Source: a virus (lineage: Duplodnaviria; Caudoviricetes). From it: DNA of 54,541 bases. Position numbers and translations under genes: made by a program. Numbering within the stretch: position 1 is the stretch's first letter; each line of letters starts with the position of its first letter. Shown here piece by piece: positions 44,748 through 53,974 of the stretch. The DNA lies in IMG/VR virus record IMGVR_UViG_3300022602_000128, positions 1 to 54,541 of that record; one strand, given 5' to 3'. A model generated the notes under the pieces. The model was given only the letters and a program-made list of their open reading frames with translations. It ran no database searches and was not told where the DNA came from.

Positions 44748-46292
44748 ATGGCGTATAATTTAACACTTACAAACGGTTCGGCTCTGCTGACGCTAAATGA
44801 CGGTACCGAAGATTCAACTACCACAAGTATCAACTTAGTGGGGGAAAATTATACGGGCTATGGTCTACTCATCAATGAAAATTTTATTAAAATCCTGGAA
44901 AATTTCTCCAGCGCATCAGCACCCAACAACCCGCTACTAGGTCAATTATGGTGGGATAGCACAAACAAACACCTTTCAGTTTGGCAGGGCACAAATTGGA
45001 AGATTATTTCCAGCAGTCAAACTGGCGCAACACCTCCGCTGAACCCAGTAGTGGGTGACTTTTGGTGGAATACCGTAAACAGTCAGTTTAGCGTTTATAG
45101 TGGAACATCATGGATCTCAATCGGTCCGGCAATATTGCCCGGTGCGGCTATTACTGCTATTACTGGAAATACAGTAACTGATATTACATCAACTCCTCAT
45201 ACTGTTGGTAACGTATTGGTTAATAATAAGTTGGTTGCTGTTGCCAGTAGTGATTCAACAGCCTTTGTGCCGCAAACGTCTATATCAGGTTTATCTACAA
45301 TCAATCCTGGATTGAATTTTGCATCATCAGTTGAATCAACAATGATTACTTCTGCTAACTCTGCTATTGGTGTATCCAGTGGTAACCTGCAGATATCATC
45401 AACTGCAAACAGCAATGGTCTTAATCTTTCAGTCAATGTTGGTGGAACACAAACCAATGTACTGGCTTTCTCGGGAACAACCGGTTTGGGCGTAGTTAAT
45501 GGTACTCCCACTGCTCCGTTGGGAATTGCCACAAAGGGTTATGTAGACACACAGATATCTGCAATCACTGGTGGTGGTAGCGGAAACACAATTTTTGCAT
45601 CAAATTTATTACCAGCCGCTACACTAAATTATACCATTGGTAATGTATCTAGACAATGGTTGACTGGCTACTTTGGTACAGTTTCTGCAGGCAATGTATA
45701 CGCCGCAACGATAGGTAATTCGGGTGCAACCATAACAGGTACAATCGCTACGGCAAGCCAAACAAATATCACAGCAATAGGAACTATTGCAACTGGTACT
45801 TGGCAAGGTAACATAGTTAACCCCACATATGGTGGTACTGGTGTCAACAACGGATCCAACACCCTGACTCTAAGTGGTGGTAGTTATACTCTAAATCAAA
45901 GCGTGGTAAACGGTGCCGCCCCAACATTTGTTGGTACAAACTTTAGCGGAACTGCCGCAAATTTGACTGTGGGTGCGGTCACCAACGGAGTTTACACCAG
46001 CGGTTCATATGCAAACCCTGTATGGATAACAAGTTTGGCATATGGTAAATTAACTGGTGCTCCCACAAGTTTAAATGCTTTTAGTAATGATCCTGGATAT
46101 CAAACAGCATCGGGTTCTGTGGCACATGCAACCACTGCTAGTTCTACCCCATCATTGTCAACAACTAATTTTGCAGTGTTCCAATCCGGTAGCAAATTAT
46201 ATTTTCAATACAACGGAACAAATATTGCATCACTTGACAGTTCTGGCAACTTTATTGCCCTAAATAACATAACAGCCTTCGCATCTCCATAA
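44748..46292 (+). CDS. Tail fibre protein, paralogue of 40695-42092
   Basis: Shared N-terminal domain, IATKGYVD, YGGTG and C-terminal KLYFQYNGTNIASLDSSGNF. Late box at 44717-44723. Confidence 0.78.
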   Translation: MAYNLTLTNGSALLTLNDGTEDSTTTSINLVGENYTGYGLLINENFIKILENFSSASAPNNPLLGQLWWDSTNKHLSVWQGTNWKIISSSQTGATPPLNPVVGDFWWNTVNSQFSVYSGTSWISIGPAILPGAAITAITGNTVTDITSTPHTVGNVLVNNKLVAVASSDSTAFVPQTSISGLSTINPGLNFASSVESTMITSANSAIGVSSGNLQISSTANSNGLNLSVNVGGTQTNVLAFSGTTGLGVVNGTPTAPLGIATKGYVDTQISAITGGGSGNTIFASNLLPAATLNYTIGNVSRQWLTGYFGTVSAGNVYAATIGNSGATITGTIATASQTNITAIGTIATGTWQGNIVNPTYGGTGVNNGSNTLTLSGGSYTLNQSVVNGAAPTFVGTNFSGTAANLTVGAVTNGVYTSGSYANPVWITSLAYGKLTGAPTSLNAFSNDPGYQTASGSVAHATTASSTPSLSTTNFAVFQSGSKLYFQYNGTNIASLDSSGNFIALNNITAFASP

Positions 46293-46293
46293 T

Positions 46294-47316
46294 ATGACAT
46301 TACCCACAAGTGCTATATCAATGTCGCAGGTCAACACAGAACTTGGGTTGTCAAGTACTCAATCCATCAGTTTTAACGACAGTGGTGTTAGATACTTAAC
46401 CAGCGAGTCTGGTATTGCTTCTGGTGGTGGTTCGTCAGGCACAACCAATTCCATGTATGAACTATTGGGCAAAGCGTATGTGTTTGAGTTTAATATGCCC
46501 GGTGGTTATAATTTAGATTTATACACTGCGGCAATCAACGCCGGGTGGAATGGATCTCGACCTCTGATAGCCGTAGTTCCTTCCGGAACTGTTATTGGAT
46601 CTACATCCACTGGTTCTCCGGCATTGACAATACAAAATTCCTTCCCTCGCGGCGTCACTCTAATTAATCAGGGATATATTATTGGTGCAGGTGGTGCCGG
46701 AGGCAATAGTCAGTGGATCAATGACTCAATTAATAACGGAGCACCGGCACAACCCAATTCTACTCCATTGTCCAGCACGGGCGGTAATGGCGGGCCTGCG
46801 ATATCAGTTTCAGTAGCAGTGACCATACAAAATAATGGCATCATTGGTGGTGGGGGTGGTGGGGGTGGCTCTGCTATAGTCGGCGACCATGTATATTGGA
46901 CTCTAGCAGATGGCGAGGGTGGCGGTGGTGCTGGCTCGGTGCCGGGCAGTGGCGGATTGACTTACGGATATTGGGACCAGGGCAATTATGCATGGTATCA
47001 GGGCAGTGGGTACTACTCTATGGGCGGAACAAATGCTCAAGGCGGATCGTTAACTGGTGGTGGATTGGGGTCTACGGGCCAATATGGCTATGGGCAACGA
47101 CAATCAACTTACTCCTTTTTAAACGGCCAGGGCACTGTTCAAGGGTATAGTTGCAGTGGCGGCAACGGCGGAGGTTTGGGATCATCTGGCGGTAGCGGTA
47201 CCAGTAATACCGACCCAGGTAGCAATAAATCTGGTGGTGCCGGTGGCGCCGCAGTATTGGGCAGTAGTAATGTATCTTGGTCACCACAGGGTACAACTTA
47301 CGGGGCGCTGTCTTAA
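46294..47316 (+). CDS. Glycine-rich fibre-tip adhesin, similar to T2-type gp38
   Basis: LINQGYIIGAGGAGG...GGNGGPAI...IQNNGIIGGGGGGGG, with aromatic-rich loops between Gly motifs. Directly follows a fibre gene. Confidence 0.7.
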   Translation: MTLPTSAISMSQVNTELGLSSTQSISFNDSGVRYLTSESGIASGGGSSGTTNSMYELLGKAYVFEFNMPGGYNLDLYTAAINAGWNGSRPLIAVVPSGTVIGSTSTGSPALTIQNSFPRGVTLINQGYIIGAGGAGGNSQWINDSINNGAPAQPNSTPLSSTGGNGGPAISVSVAVTIQNNGIIGGGGGGGGSAIVGDHVYWTLADGEGGGGAGSVPGSGGLTYGYWDQGNYAWYQGSGYYSMGGTNAQGGSLTGGGLGSTGQYGYGQRQSTYSFLNGQGTVQGYSCSGGNGGGLGSSGGSGTSNTDPGSNKSGGAGGAAVLGSSNVSWSPQGTTYGALS

Positions 47317-47328
47317 CTATTATGGCTA

Positions 47329-47357
47329 TTGACTTGCTCAAGTCATAAGTATATAAT
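47329..47357 (+). promoter_or_regulatory. Near-consensus sigma70 promoter with an inverted repeat and an embedded late-box variant
   Basis: TTGACT-N17-TATAAT. TGACTTG-CT-CAAGTCA inverted repeat at 47330-47345. ATAAGTA at 47345-47351. Confidence 0.75.
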
Positions 47358-47395
47358 ATAGTCTAGTGTCTTAGACAATTACATAGGATTTTACA

Positions 47396-48382
47396 ATGGC
47401 ATACAGTCAAGGCGGCATAATTGCGGCAACTGATTATAACGGTTTTGTTGGTACTAGCCCGAGTAGTACTGCCAATCAAATTAACACAATTTGGGCAGTG
47501 GGCAACGGTCAATATGGATATGGGCAAACGGCCCTGGCCCAGGTTTCTACTAGTGGTACTGTTACAGCCGCTCAATGGGCCAGTGCTATTAACTCATTGA
47601 ATAGTATAAAAACACACCAAACAGGTAGCGGAACTGGCATCGGTGCTCCCACTGCTGGTAGTTTAGTTTCTTATTTAAGCACCTTCAGTTCAAGTATCAG
47701 TACAGCATATACAAATCATTTACTTTTCAATAGTCAGGGTACAACAGTAACTGGCAGTAACTTTGCTGGAAATATATCCGATACCAATAGCCAAGGGGCA
47801 TACACACAAACATTTACAAGAACCATTACATTCCCCAGTGGTGACGCGGCACGTTATTTCTTTAATGCCGGTGGACAGTTAAACTTTGTGGTTTCCAGCG
47901 CAACAAATAACGATAGCACTAGTCGTTCTGGTGACATGGTTACACTGGCAGCAACTAACCTTGGTGGATTTACTGCATTTCGTGCCACAACTGGTGGTGG
48001 CAGAACTGGTAGTGGAGGTACATTGAACACCAACGCCACTGGAGTTGGTTATTACAATCTAACCACAACGCCACAGACATTGGTTGGAATTACCAGCACT
48101 ACTAGCGGATATACCAGTGACACTGCAACATTGACAGTACAATCTAATGGTGCACAGGGCTCAAATGGTGATGTAGGATCCGTTATTACTTTTGTGTTGT
48201 CGTTGACATCTGCGGCACGCCCAACACTAACTGCTCCAACTTGGGCAGGAGTTGGCACTGCGCCCACAGTTAACACCGTAGTGAATGATACAATCAATGT
48301 CACAGTTAATCATAGAATTGACATTATTCCTCCAGAAACCACTAACTTGACTTCGAGTTGGGGTTCAATCGTAGTAGCCTAA
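47396..48382 (+). CDS. Putative virion structural protein (Thr/Ser/Gly-rich)
   Basis: Composition resembles the neighbouring fibre proteins. Contains GYGQT and ARYFFNAGGQL. SD AGGA. Confidence 0.6.
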   Translation: MAYSQGGIIAATDYNGFVGTSPSSTANQINTIWAVGNGQYGYGQTALAQVSTSGTVTAAQWASAINSLNSIKTHQTGSGTGIGAPTAGSLVSYLSTFSSSISTAYTNHLLFNSQGTTVTGSNFAGNISDTNSQGAYTQTFTRTITFPSGDAARYFFNAGGQLNFVVSSATNNDSTSRSGDMVTLAATNLGGFTAFRATTGGGRTGSGGTLNTNATGVGYYNLTTTPQTLVGITSTTSGYTSDTATLTVQSNGAQGSNGDVGSVITFVLSLTSAARPTLTAPTWAGVGTAPTVNTVVNDTINVTVNHRIDIIPPETTNLTSSWGSIVVA

Positions 48383-48393
48383 TCCAAAATCAG

Positions 48394-48422
48394 TTGACAT
48401 CGACCCCGTGTTGTGTTATACT
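48394..48422 (+). promoter_or_regulatory. Sigma70 promoter of the modification operon (leaderless)
   Basis: TTGACA-N17-TATACT with a TGn extension, 6 nt before ATG 48429. Confidence 0.85.
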
Positions 48423-48428
48423 GTGTAG

Positions 48429-48758
48429 ATGGACTTAGACACATTCAAATCATACATCACGGTGGCCACAGACTACCAAGTTAACAAGCGTATTCTCCGA
48501 GAGAAAATCCAAACCGATTTGCATTTTGCCTACAATGGCGGCTTGTTTAAAGCCACTCCCGAATTGATATTATTTGCAAATGCATGGCCTCGGACTCGAG
48601 ACTTGTACCTGGAAGACACATATCAAAATCCCATACACATTCCCGATCCTGAAGTCTTTGCAGAGAAGTGTCAAGAATGTTATTCTAAAGTAATGAACCG
48701 CTGGCATCAACAACATGACGAACTCAAAAAACTTAGAAAAATCCACTTCAACATCTAG
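48429..48758 (+). CDS. Hypothetical protein
   Basis: 109-aa ORF directly behind a consensus promoter; first gene of an overlapping-gene operon. Confidence 0.7.
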   Translation: MDLDTFKSYITVATDYQVNKRILREKIQTDLHFAYNGGLFKATPELILFANAWPRTRDLYLEDTYQNPIHIPDPEVFAEKCQECYSKVMNRWHQQHDELKKLRKIHFNI

Positions 48759-49533
48759 GGGTGTTGTTGTATTTGCATTCAATACCAAGACTGTTGACTA
48801 CGTAAAGATTGCAGATCGCACAAGTCAACTTGCAAGTCGGTACCTAGGGTTGCCTGTTACATTGATAACTGATCATGACGCAGATCCCAAGTTTAGATAC
48901 GACAACATAATCACAATAGATCCACAAGGGGATAATTTTAGAGATGGAGTTGTACAATGGAGAAACTTTGGTAGACACTATGCCTATAGTCTAAGCCCTT
49001 ACGATGAGACTGTGCTTTTAGATACTGATTATTTGGTATTGGACAATAGTCTTAACACACTGTTTGAAACTGATTTTGACTACAAATTAATGCATCACAA
49101 TACAAACTATGCGGGTGCGGTTTACGAACAAATGGGCGAAGTTAGTTTGCCATTTGTTTGGGCCACAGTGGTGCTATTTCGTAAATCAAAACGTGCAGAA
49201 TTATTATTTGATCTAGTGGGAAAGATACAACGCAACTACAATTATTACAGAGCATTGTATAATATTCGTGAAGGCAATTATAGAAACGATTATGCGTTTG
49301 CTATCGCTAACAATATCTTAAACGGATACAACTTAAATGAAGATCAAGGAATTCCGTGGCCTATGTTTACTATAGAAGAAAAGATTGATCAAGTGTTATA
49401 TGACAGCAATTTTTTATACGTATACAGTAAAGAAACTGGCCGAGCAGTACCTAGACAAAACACACACGTCATGGACAAACAATATCTACAAAGTCATGAT
49501 TTTGAACAATTGATAAATGGACTACTAGCATGA
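48715..49533 (+). CDS. GT-A fold glycosyltransferase-like protein (GT8-like)
   Basis: RGVVVFAFN...DY, SPYDETVLLDTDYLV (DxD) and NDYAFAIA. Confidence 0.7.
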   Translation: MTNSKNLEKSTSTSRGVVVFAFNTKTVDYVKIADRTSQLASRYLGLPVTLITDHDADPKFRYDNIITIDPQGDNFRDGVVQWRNFGRHYAYSLSPYDETVLLDTDYLVLDNSLNTLFETDFDYKLMHHNTNYAGAVYEQMGEVSLPFVWATVVLFRKSKRAELLFDLVGKIQRNYNYYRALYNIREGNYRNDYAFAIANNILNGYNLNEDQGIPWPMFTIEEKIDQVLYDSNFLYVYSKETGRAVPRQNTHVMDKQYLQSHDFEQLINGLLA

Positions 49534-50372
49534 GTCAACATCGAGAACAACAGGGTTTTTTAACCTTTGCAATTAACACGCCCGAAGTTGACTACGGCAG
49601 ACTGGCGTACCTACAATGCTTGAATGTTAAAGCCACACAACAAGAAAACCGTTATGCAGTTATAGCAGATGAAGCAACTTACAATTCATTCAACAACAAA
49701 CAACTGAATGCATTTGATTACATTATTAGACTGCCCGAGGGAATTGAACAAAATCCCTTTATGACAGAACCCTATGTGTTTTCTCTTACTCCATTTAAAG
49801 AAACTATAAAACTGGAAAGTGATTTACTATTTACCCGCAGTATCGATCATTGGTGGACTGCATTTAGACTTCGAGATGTTTGTTTGGGTAATGGCGCCAA
49901 AAATATTATGGACACACCCAGTGCGATTAGAAAATACAGACAATTGTTTGATGCAAACCGTTTACCTGATGTTTACACAGGTTTGATGTATTTTAGATAT
50001 ACAAAAACCGCCATGCAATTTTTCGAACTTGCTAGGTTTGTATTTAAGGAATGGAATTTCATTAAAACTTATCTTGAAGGTGTAGACCTAGAACTAAATC
50101 CCACAACAGATGTTGTATATGCATTGGCTGCATTGATATTGGGGGAAGAAGCAGTCACAATACCTAGCATGGACTTTATAAACTTTGTACACATGAAGTC
50201 GGGCTTTAATGGTTGGAGTGATGCACGTAGTTGGTTAGAAACTGTGATGCATGAACGTGATGGTGATGTTATACGTATCAACAATTTAAATCAGTATAGT
50301 CCTGTACATTATCATGACAAGACATACGCCACACAGGAACTAATAGAATATTATGAGCAACGACTGGGATAA
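49530..50372 (+). CDS. GT-A fold glycosyltransferase-like protein, paralogue of the preceding gene
   Basis: QGFLTFAIN...DY, TPFKETIKLESDLL (ExD), TDVVYALA and FVHMK. Confidence 0.65.
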   Translation: MSQHREQQGFLTFAINTPEVDYGRLAYLQCLNVKATQQENRYAVIADEATYNSFNNKQLNAFDYIIRLPEGIEQNPFMTEPYVFSLTPFKETIKLESDLLFTRSIDHWWTAFRLRDVCLGNGAKNIMDTPSAIRKYRQLFDANRLPDVYTGLMYFRYTKTAMQFFELARFVFKEWNFIKTYLEGVDLELNPTTDVVYALAALILGEEAVTIPSMDFINFVHMKSGFNGWSDARSWLETVMHERDGDVIRINNLNQYSPVHYHDKTYATQELIEYYEQRLG

Positions 50373-50691
50373 TTTCGACAGTCTAATTAAACCTATACCC
50401 AATCAAGATTTGGAATATAGGATTTATTATAATGCAGAAGGTAATATCACAAGTTGTAGTATGCGGGATCATGCACTGGGAGACTATATAGTAGTGTCCA
50501 AAGATGTATACGATCATTATTTTCAATACCAAGTTATAAATGGAAAACTTAAAAAAATTGACAGTGATGCCAAGTACAGAGTAAAGTTGCAAAAAAGCAA
50601 TAAAGGGGTTGCAGTTGTAGCGGGACACGCTGGGCTTGTAATAGAAGATGAAGATTATAAAGATATAGAATATTATGCAAGAATTAATTGA
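50353..50691 (+). CDS. Hypothetical protein
   Basis: 112-aa ORF overlapping both neighbours in the operon. Confidence 0.65.
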   Translation: MSNDWDNFDSLIKPIPNQDLEYRIYYNAEGNITSCSMRDHALGDYIVVSKDVYDHYFQYQVINGKLKKIDSDAKYRVKLQKSNKGVAVVAGHAGLVIEDEDYKDIEYYARIN

Positions 50692-51571
50692 TATAGCAGA
50701 CTTAGATGTAATTTATTTGACTTATGATGAGCCCAAACGAGAAGAATTTTGGATTAAGATACAGAACATGGTGCCTTGGGCGCAAAGAGTGGACGGCGTT
50801 AAGGGTTCAGATGCGGCGCATAAAGCAGCCGCTGATGTCAGCACCACTGATCGCTTTGTGCTCGTTGATGGCGACAATATTCCCGATCCCAGTTTCTTCA
50901 ACTTACAATTGGATTCACGAATTAATACTCGTGGTGTATTTCGTTATCGTGCCAGGAATAACATTAATGGCTTGATGTATGGCAACGGTGGATTGAGCAT
51001 TTGGCACAAGGACTTTGTCCACAACATGAAGACGCATGAGAATACGGATGGCACAGATGCAACCGCTGTGGAGTTTTGTTTCCACCCTGACTATTGGGCT
51101 ATGCATGACTGCTATAGCACCACATACCCTGATGCCACTCCGTTTCAAGCATGGAGGGCAGGATTTAGAGAAGGTGTCAAGATGTGTTTGGACCGTGGAG
51201 CAAAGCCCAGTATTGCTGAGTTTAAAACTCGTGTGGTTAGTCGCAACATGGACAATCTCAGCATTTGGCACAATGTAGGTGCTGACAATGAGAATGGTGT
51301 TTGGGCCATGGCTGGTGCTAGACAAGGCACGTACAACACAATGCTCAGTGACTGGGATTATCGAGAAGTACAGGACTTTGGGATGTTAGCAGAGTATTGG
51401 GAAGAGACTGTACAACATTTTAATCCCGAGGACTTTCTCCACAATTATGAAGAAGAATTAACACAACGTCTAGGATTGCCAATGGTTAATTTGGATTCTG
51501 AACAAAGCAAATTTTTCAAGCACCATTATAAAAGTAATTTTAAAAATACAGGACCAATGGTAAGAGAATGA
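50675..51571 (+). CDS. GT-A fold (GT2-like) glycosyltransferase-like protein
   Basis: DVIYLTYDEP, RVDGVKGSDAAHKAAA, FVLVDGDN (DxD), YGNGG and AWRAGFREGVK. Confidence 0.65.
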   Translation: MQELIDIADLDVIYLTYDEPKREEFWIKIQNMVPWAQRVDGVKGSDAAHKAAADVSTTDRFVLVDGDNIPDPSFFNLQLDSRINTRGVFRYRARNNINGLMYGNGGLSIWHKDFVHNMKTHENTDGTDATAVEFCFHPDYWAMHDCYSTTYPDATPFQAWRAGFREGVKMCLDRGAKPSIAEFKTRVVSRNMDNLSIWHNVGADNENGVWAMAGARQGTYNTMLSDWDYREVQDFGMLAEYWEETVQHFNPEDFLHNYEEELTQRLGLPMVNLDSEQSKFFKHHYKSNFKNTGPMVRE

Positions 51572-52515
51572 TTAACTTGCCCAACAAAGATCGCGTAATA
51601 TTTGATCTTGCCCTACGTGTTGTGGACATGATAAAAGAATATCAAGTAACGGGCAACCTTGTATTGGAAACTAATTCAGAAGGGTTAAGTTTGGCCAGTG
51701 CAAACTTTTATCCTATATTAGATTATATATGTAATCAGTTTAGTATAGACAAGTCTAGGGTTACTATCGTCACCAATAATGCCGAAGAGTCCCATCCCGA
51801 ATACACAATACAAGTCAATGGAGATCATTGGATCTCTAATTGTAAACCAATTTTTAATTACGTTCTAAAGGAAAAAACATTTGAATATACCGCAGGTGCT
51901 TTCTTTGGAAAACCCAATTGGCATAGATTAGTCTTAGGCGCTTGGTTATATAAAGATCCACAATGCCTTTTGACTATGCATTATAATCCGCAAGATGAGC
52001 GTCATAGGATTGATGCTGGTTTTGGTGATATAAATATTATGGCACCTGAAGAGTTGACGGCTGTAACGGAGTTTGTTAACAAATGTCCTATCATACTTGA
52101 TGACGGATTTTTGAATTATACAATCGGTCCACCCATACACTATAATATTATACACCAATATCACAAAATATTTGTTGATGTTGTGAGTGAAACTTATGTG
52201 TCTGGCTTGTCGTTCTTTCCTACAGAGAAAACGCTAAGACCCATTATTGCCAAGACTCCCTTTATAGCAATGGGACCGGCTGGATACTTGAATAATTTAA
52301 AGCGTATGGGATTCAAAACATTCAACAGTTGGTGGGACGAGAGTTACGATGACCTTAGTGATTATGATCGTGTCAAGGCTATACAATGCACAATGGCACC
52401 TATATTAAAATTGTCATCAAGCGATCTTCGAGAACTAACCAAGGACATGACTCCAATATTAGAGCACAATAGACTACATCTACGCAAACTCAATGCAGAA
52501 AGTGTTAAACTATGA
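51568..52515 (+). CDS. Putative glycosyltransferase (GT10/fucosyltransferase-like C-terminal motif)
   Basis: VDVVSET...FPTEKTLRPI...PFIAMG...LKRMGFKTF...WDESYD. Confidence 0.5.
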   Translation: MINLPNKDRVIFDLALRVVDMIKEYQVTGNLVLETNSEGLSLASANFYPILDYICNQFSIDKSRVTIVTNNAEESHPEYTIQVNGDHWISNCKPIFNYVLKEKTFEYTAGAFFGKPNWHRLVLGAWLYKDPQCLLTMHYNPQDERHRIDAGFGDINIMAPEELTAVTEFVNKCPIILDDGFLNYTIGPPIHYNIIHQYHKIFVDVVSETYVSGLSFFPTEKTLRPIIAKTPFIAMGPAGYLNNLKRMGFKTFNSWWDESYDDLSDYDRVKAIQCTMAPILKLSSSDLRELTKDMTPILEHNRLHLRKLNAESVKL

Positions 52516-53357
52516 ATTACATAGACTATTGCGAATTTTATATTACCAATGTATGCAACCTTGCTTGTCCGGGATGTAATAGATTCAACAATTATAAATT
52601 TACAGGATTCCAACGTTGGGACGAATACAAAGATGATTATACCAAATGGAGCAAGGAGTTGACTTTTGGTAGTATTGCTGTTTTGGGCGGTGAACCGTTA
52701 TTGAATCCCGATTTTATGAAATGGGTCAGTGGTTTGCGATCACTGTGGCCATCGGCAATACTAAGAATTATCAGTAATGGGTTTCAACTGCCCAAAGTAA
52801 AAGGGCTATACGAGCATCTACTTGTAAGTAGAAAAACACAACTTTGGGTGGGTATTCACAATAAGAAACACAAAAGCGAGATCTTTAATATTGTTGAAAA
52901 CTTTTTAACCGCACCATTTAAGTATGAATTTAATGGCGATAACAAGTATCAAGAGTATATGACAATCACTGATGCCAATGGTATTCGAGTTAGAATAGAA
53001 TACAATTGGTGGTTCCATCAAGGAGCATTGATCAAACAGGACAATAAACTTACCCTACACACCAGTAATGCCGAAAAAGCACACGCCAACTGTCATATGA
53101 AAACGTGTCATCATTTTATAAGGGGCAAGTTATATAAATGCGGAGTAGTTGCGGTACTGCCCGAATTCTCTCAACAACATCCCCTAGAATTAACAACTGA
53201 TGATAGAGGTTTGATGCAGGGGTACACACCATTATCAATCGCAGACAGTGCAGAAACAAAAGCAACATTTATCAGCAACCTACCCAATGCAATACCACAA
53301 TGCAAGTTCTGTCCGGAGGCATACAAAGGTGATCAGATCTTTGCAGAACTCAAATGA
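52512..53357 (+). CDS. Radical SAM protein with extra C-terminal Cys ligands
   Basis: CNLACPGC, LGGEPLL, ISNG, and C-terminal C...C...LYKC...CKFC. Confidence 0.88.
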   Translation: MNYIDYCEFYITNVCNLACPGCNRFNNYKFTGFQRWDEYKDDYTKWSKELTFGSIAVLGGEPLLNPDFMKWVSGLRSLWPSAILRIISNGFQLPKVKGLYEHLLVSRKTQLWVGIHNKKHKSEIFNIVENFLTAPFKYEFNGDNKYQEYMTITDANGIRVRIEYNWWFHQGALIKQDNKLTLHTSNAEKAHANCHMKTCHHFIRGKLYKCGVVAVLPEFSQQHPLELTTDDRGLMQGYTPLSIADSAETKATFISNLPNAIPQCKFCPEAYKGDQIFAELK

Positions 53358-53974
53358 AACTATTTTTATCCGGAGCACACGGTAGCGGTTGCAGTCTAGT
53401 AAAATCATTATTGACCAATATAAAAGTATTGGCCAATGAAGGCACATGTCATGAATCTTGGAAGATAGCATCAACACAGGCCCATGACTACATTTACTTT
53501 GATCATGTGCCCGATATTGATTTAATAAAGCAACAGTGGCAGTCAGATCAAGTAATATGGCTATGGTTGAATCCAAAAAATGTTGAGTTTGTGTGTAGAA
53601 GAATCGTTTATTTGGATTTTGTATATGCAAACGATCCAGAATGGTTGGCCAAAGATTGGGCATGGACAGTGAGCAAACATAACAGACTTGCGGGCAGTGA
53701 TTGGCCCGCATACAGTAAAAATTTACAAGACTATCCTTTATTTGTACGACAGGAATTATATCAAACAGCCTATGATCGCAGTGCCGATTGGATGCAATCA
53801 AATCCTCAAGCAGATTATTTTATCGATAGTGATGAATTATTTGGAAATGCCCTGCCTAGGACTTTACAAACAGTCGCAGATCAGTTACAATGTACAATAG
53901 ATTTAGAATTTTTAACTAAGTGGAAAACAAAAAATCATGCGATGTACGCAGAATACAAGAAGTTATTTGAATGA
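53354..53974 (+). CDS. P-loop/sulfotransferase-like hypothetical protein
   Basis: N-terminal LFLSGAHGSGCSLV resembles a PAPS/P-loop strand-loop-helix. ATGA-coupled on both sides. Confidence 0.45.
   Translation: MKLFLSGAHGSGCSLVKSLLTNIKVLANEGTCHESWKIASTQAHDYIYFDHVPDIDLIKQQWQSDQVIWLWLNPKNVEFVCRRIVYLDFVYANDPEWLAKDWAWTVSKHNRLAGSDWPAYSKNLQDYPLFVRQELYQTAYDRSADWMQSNPQADYFIDSDELFGNALPRTLQTVADQLQCTIDLEFLTKWKTKNHAMYAEYKKLFE

Noticed and set aside
42093-47316. Diversity-generating retroelement or invertible fibre cassette
   Set aside because: I saw no reverse transcriptase, recombinase, template/variable repeat pair or flanking inverted sites in the window. Similarity between the paralogues is at protein level only.
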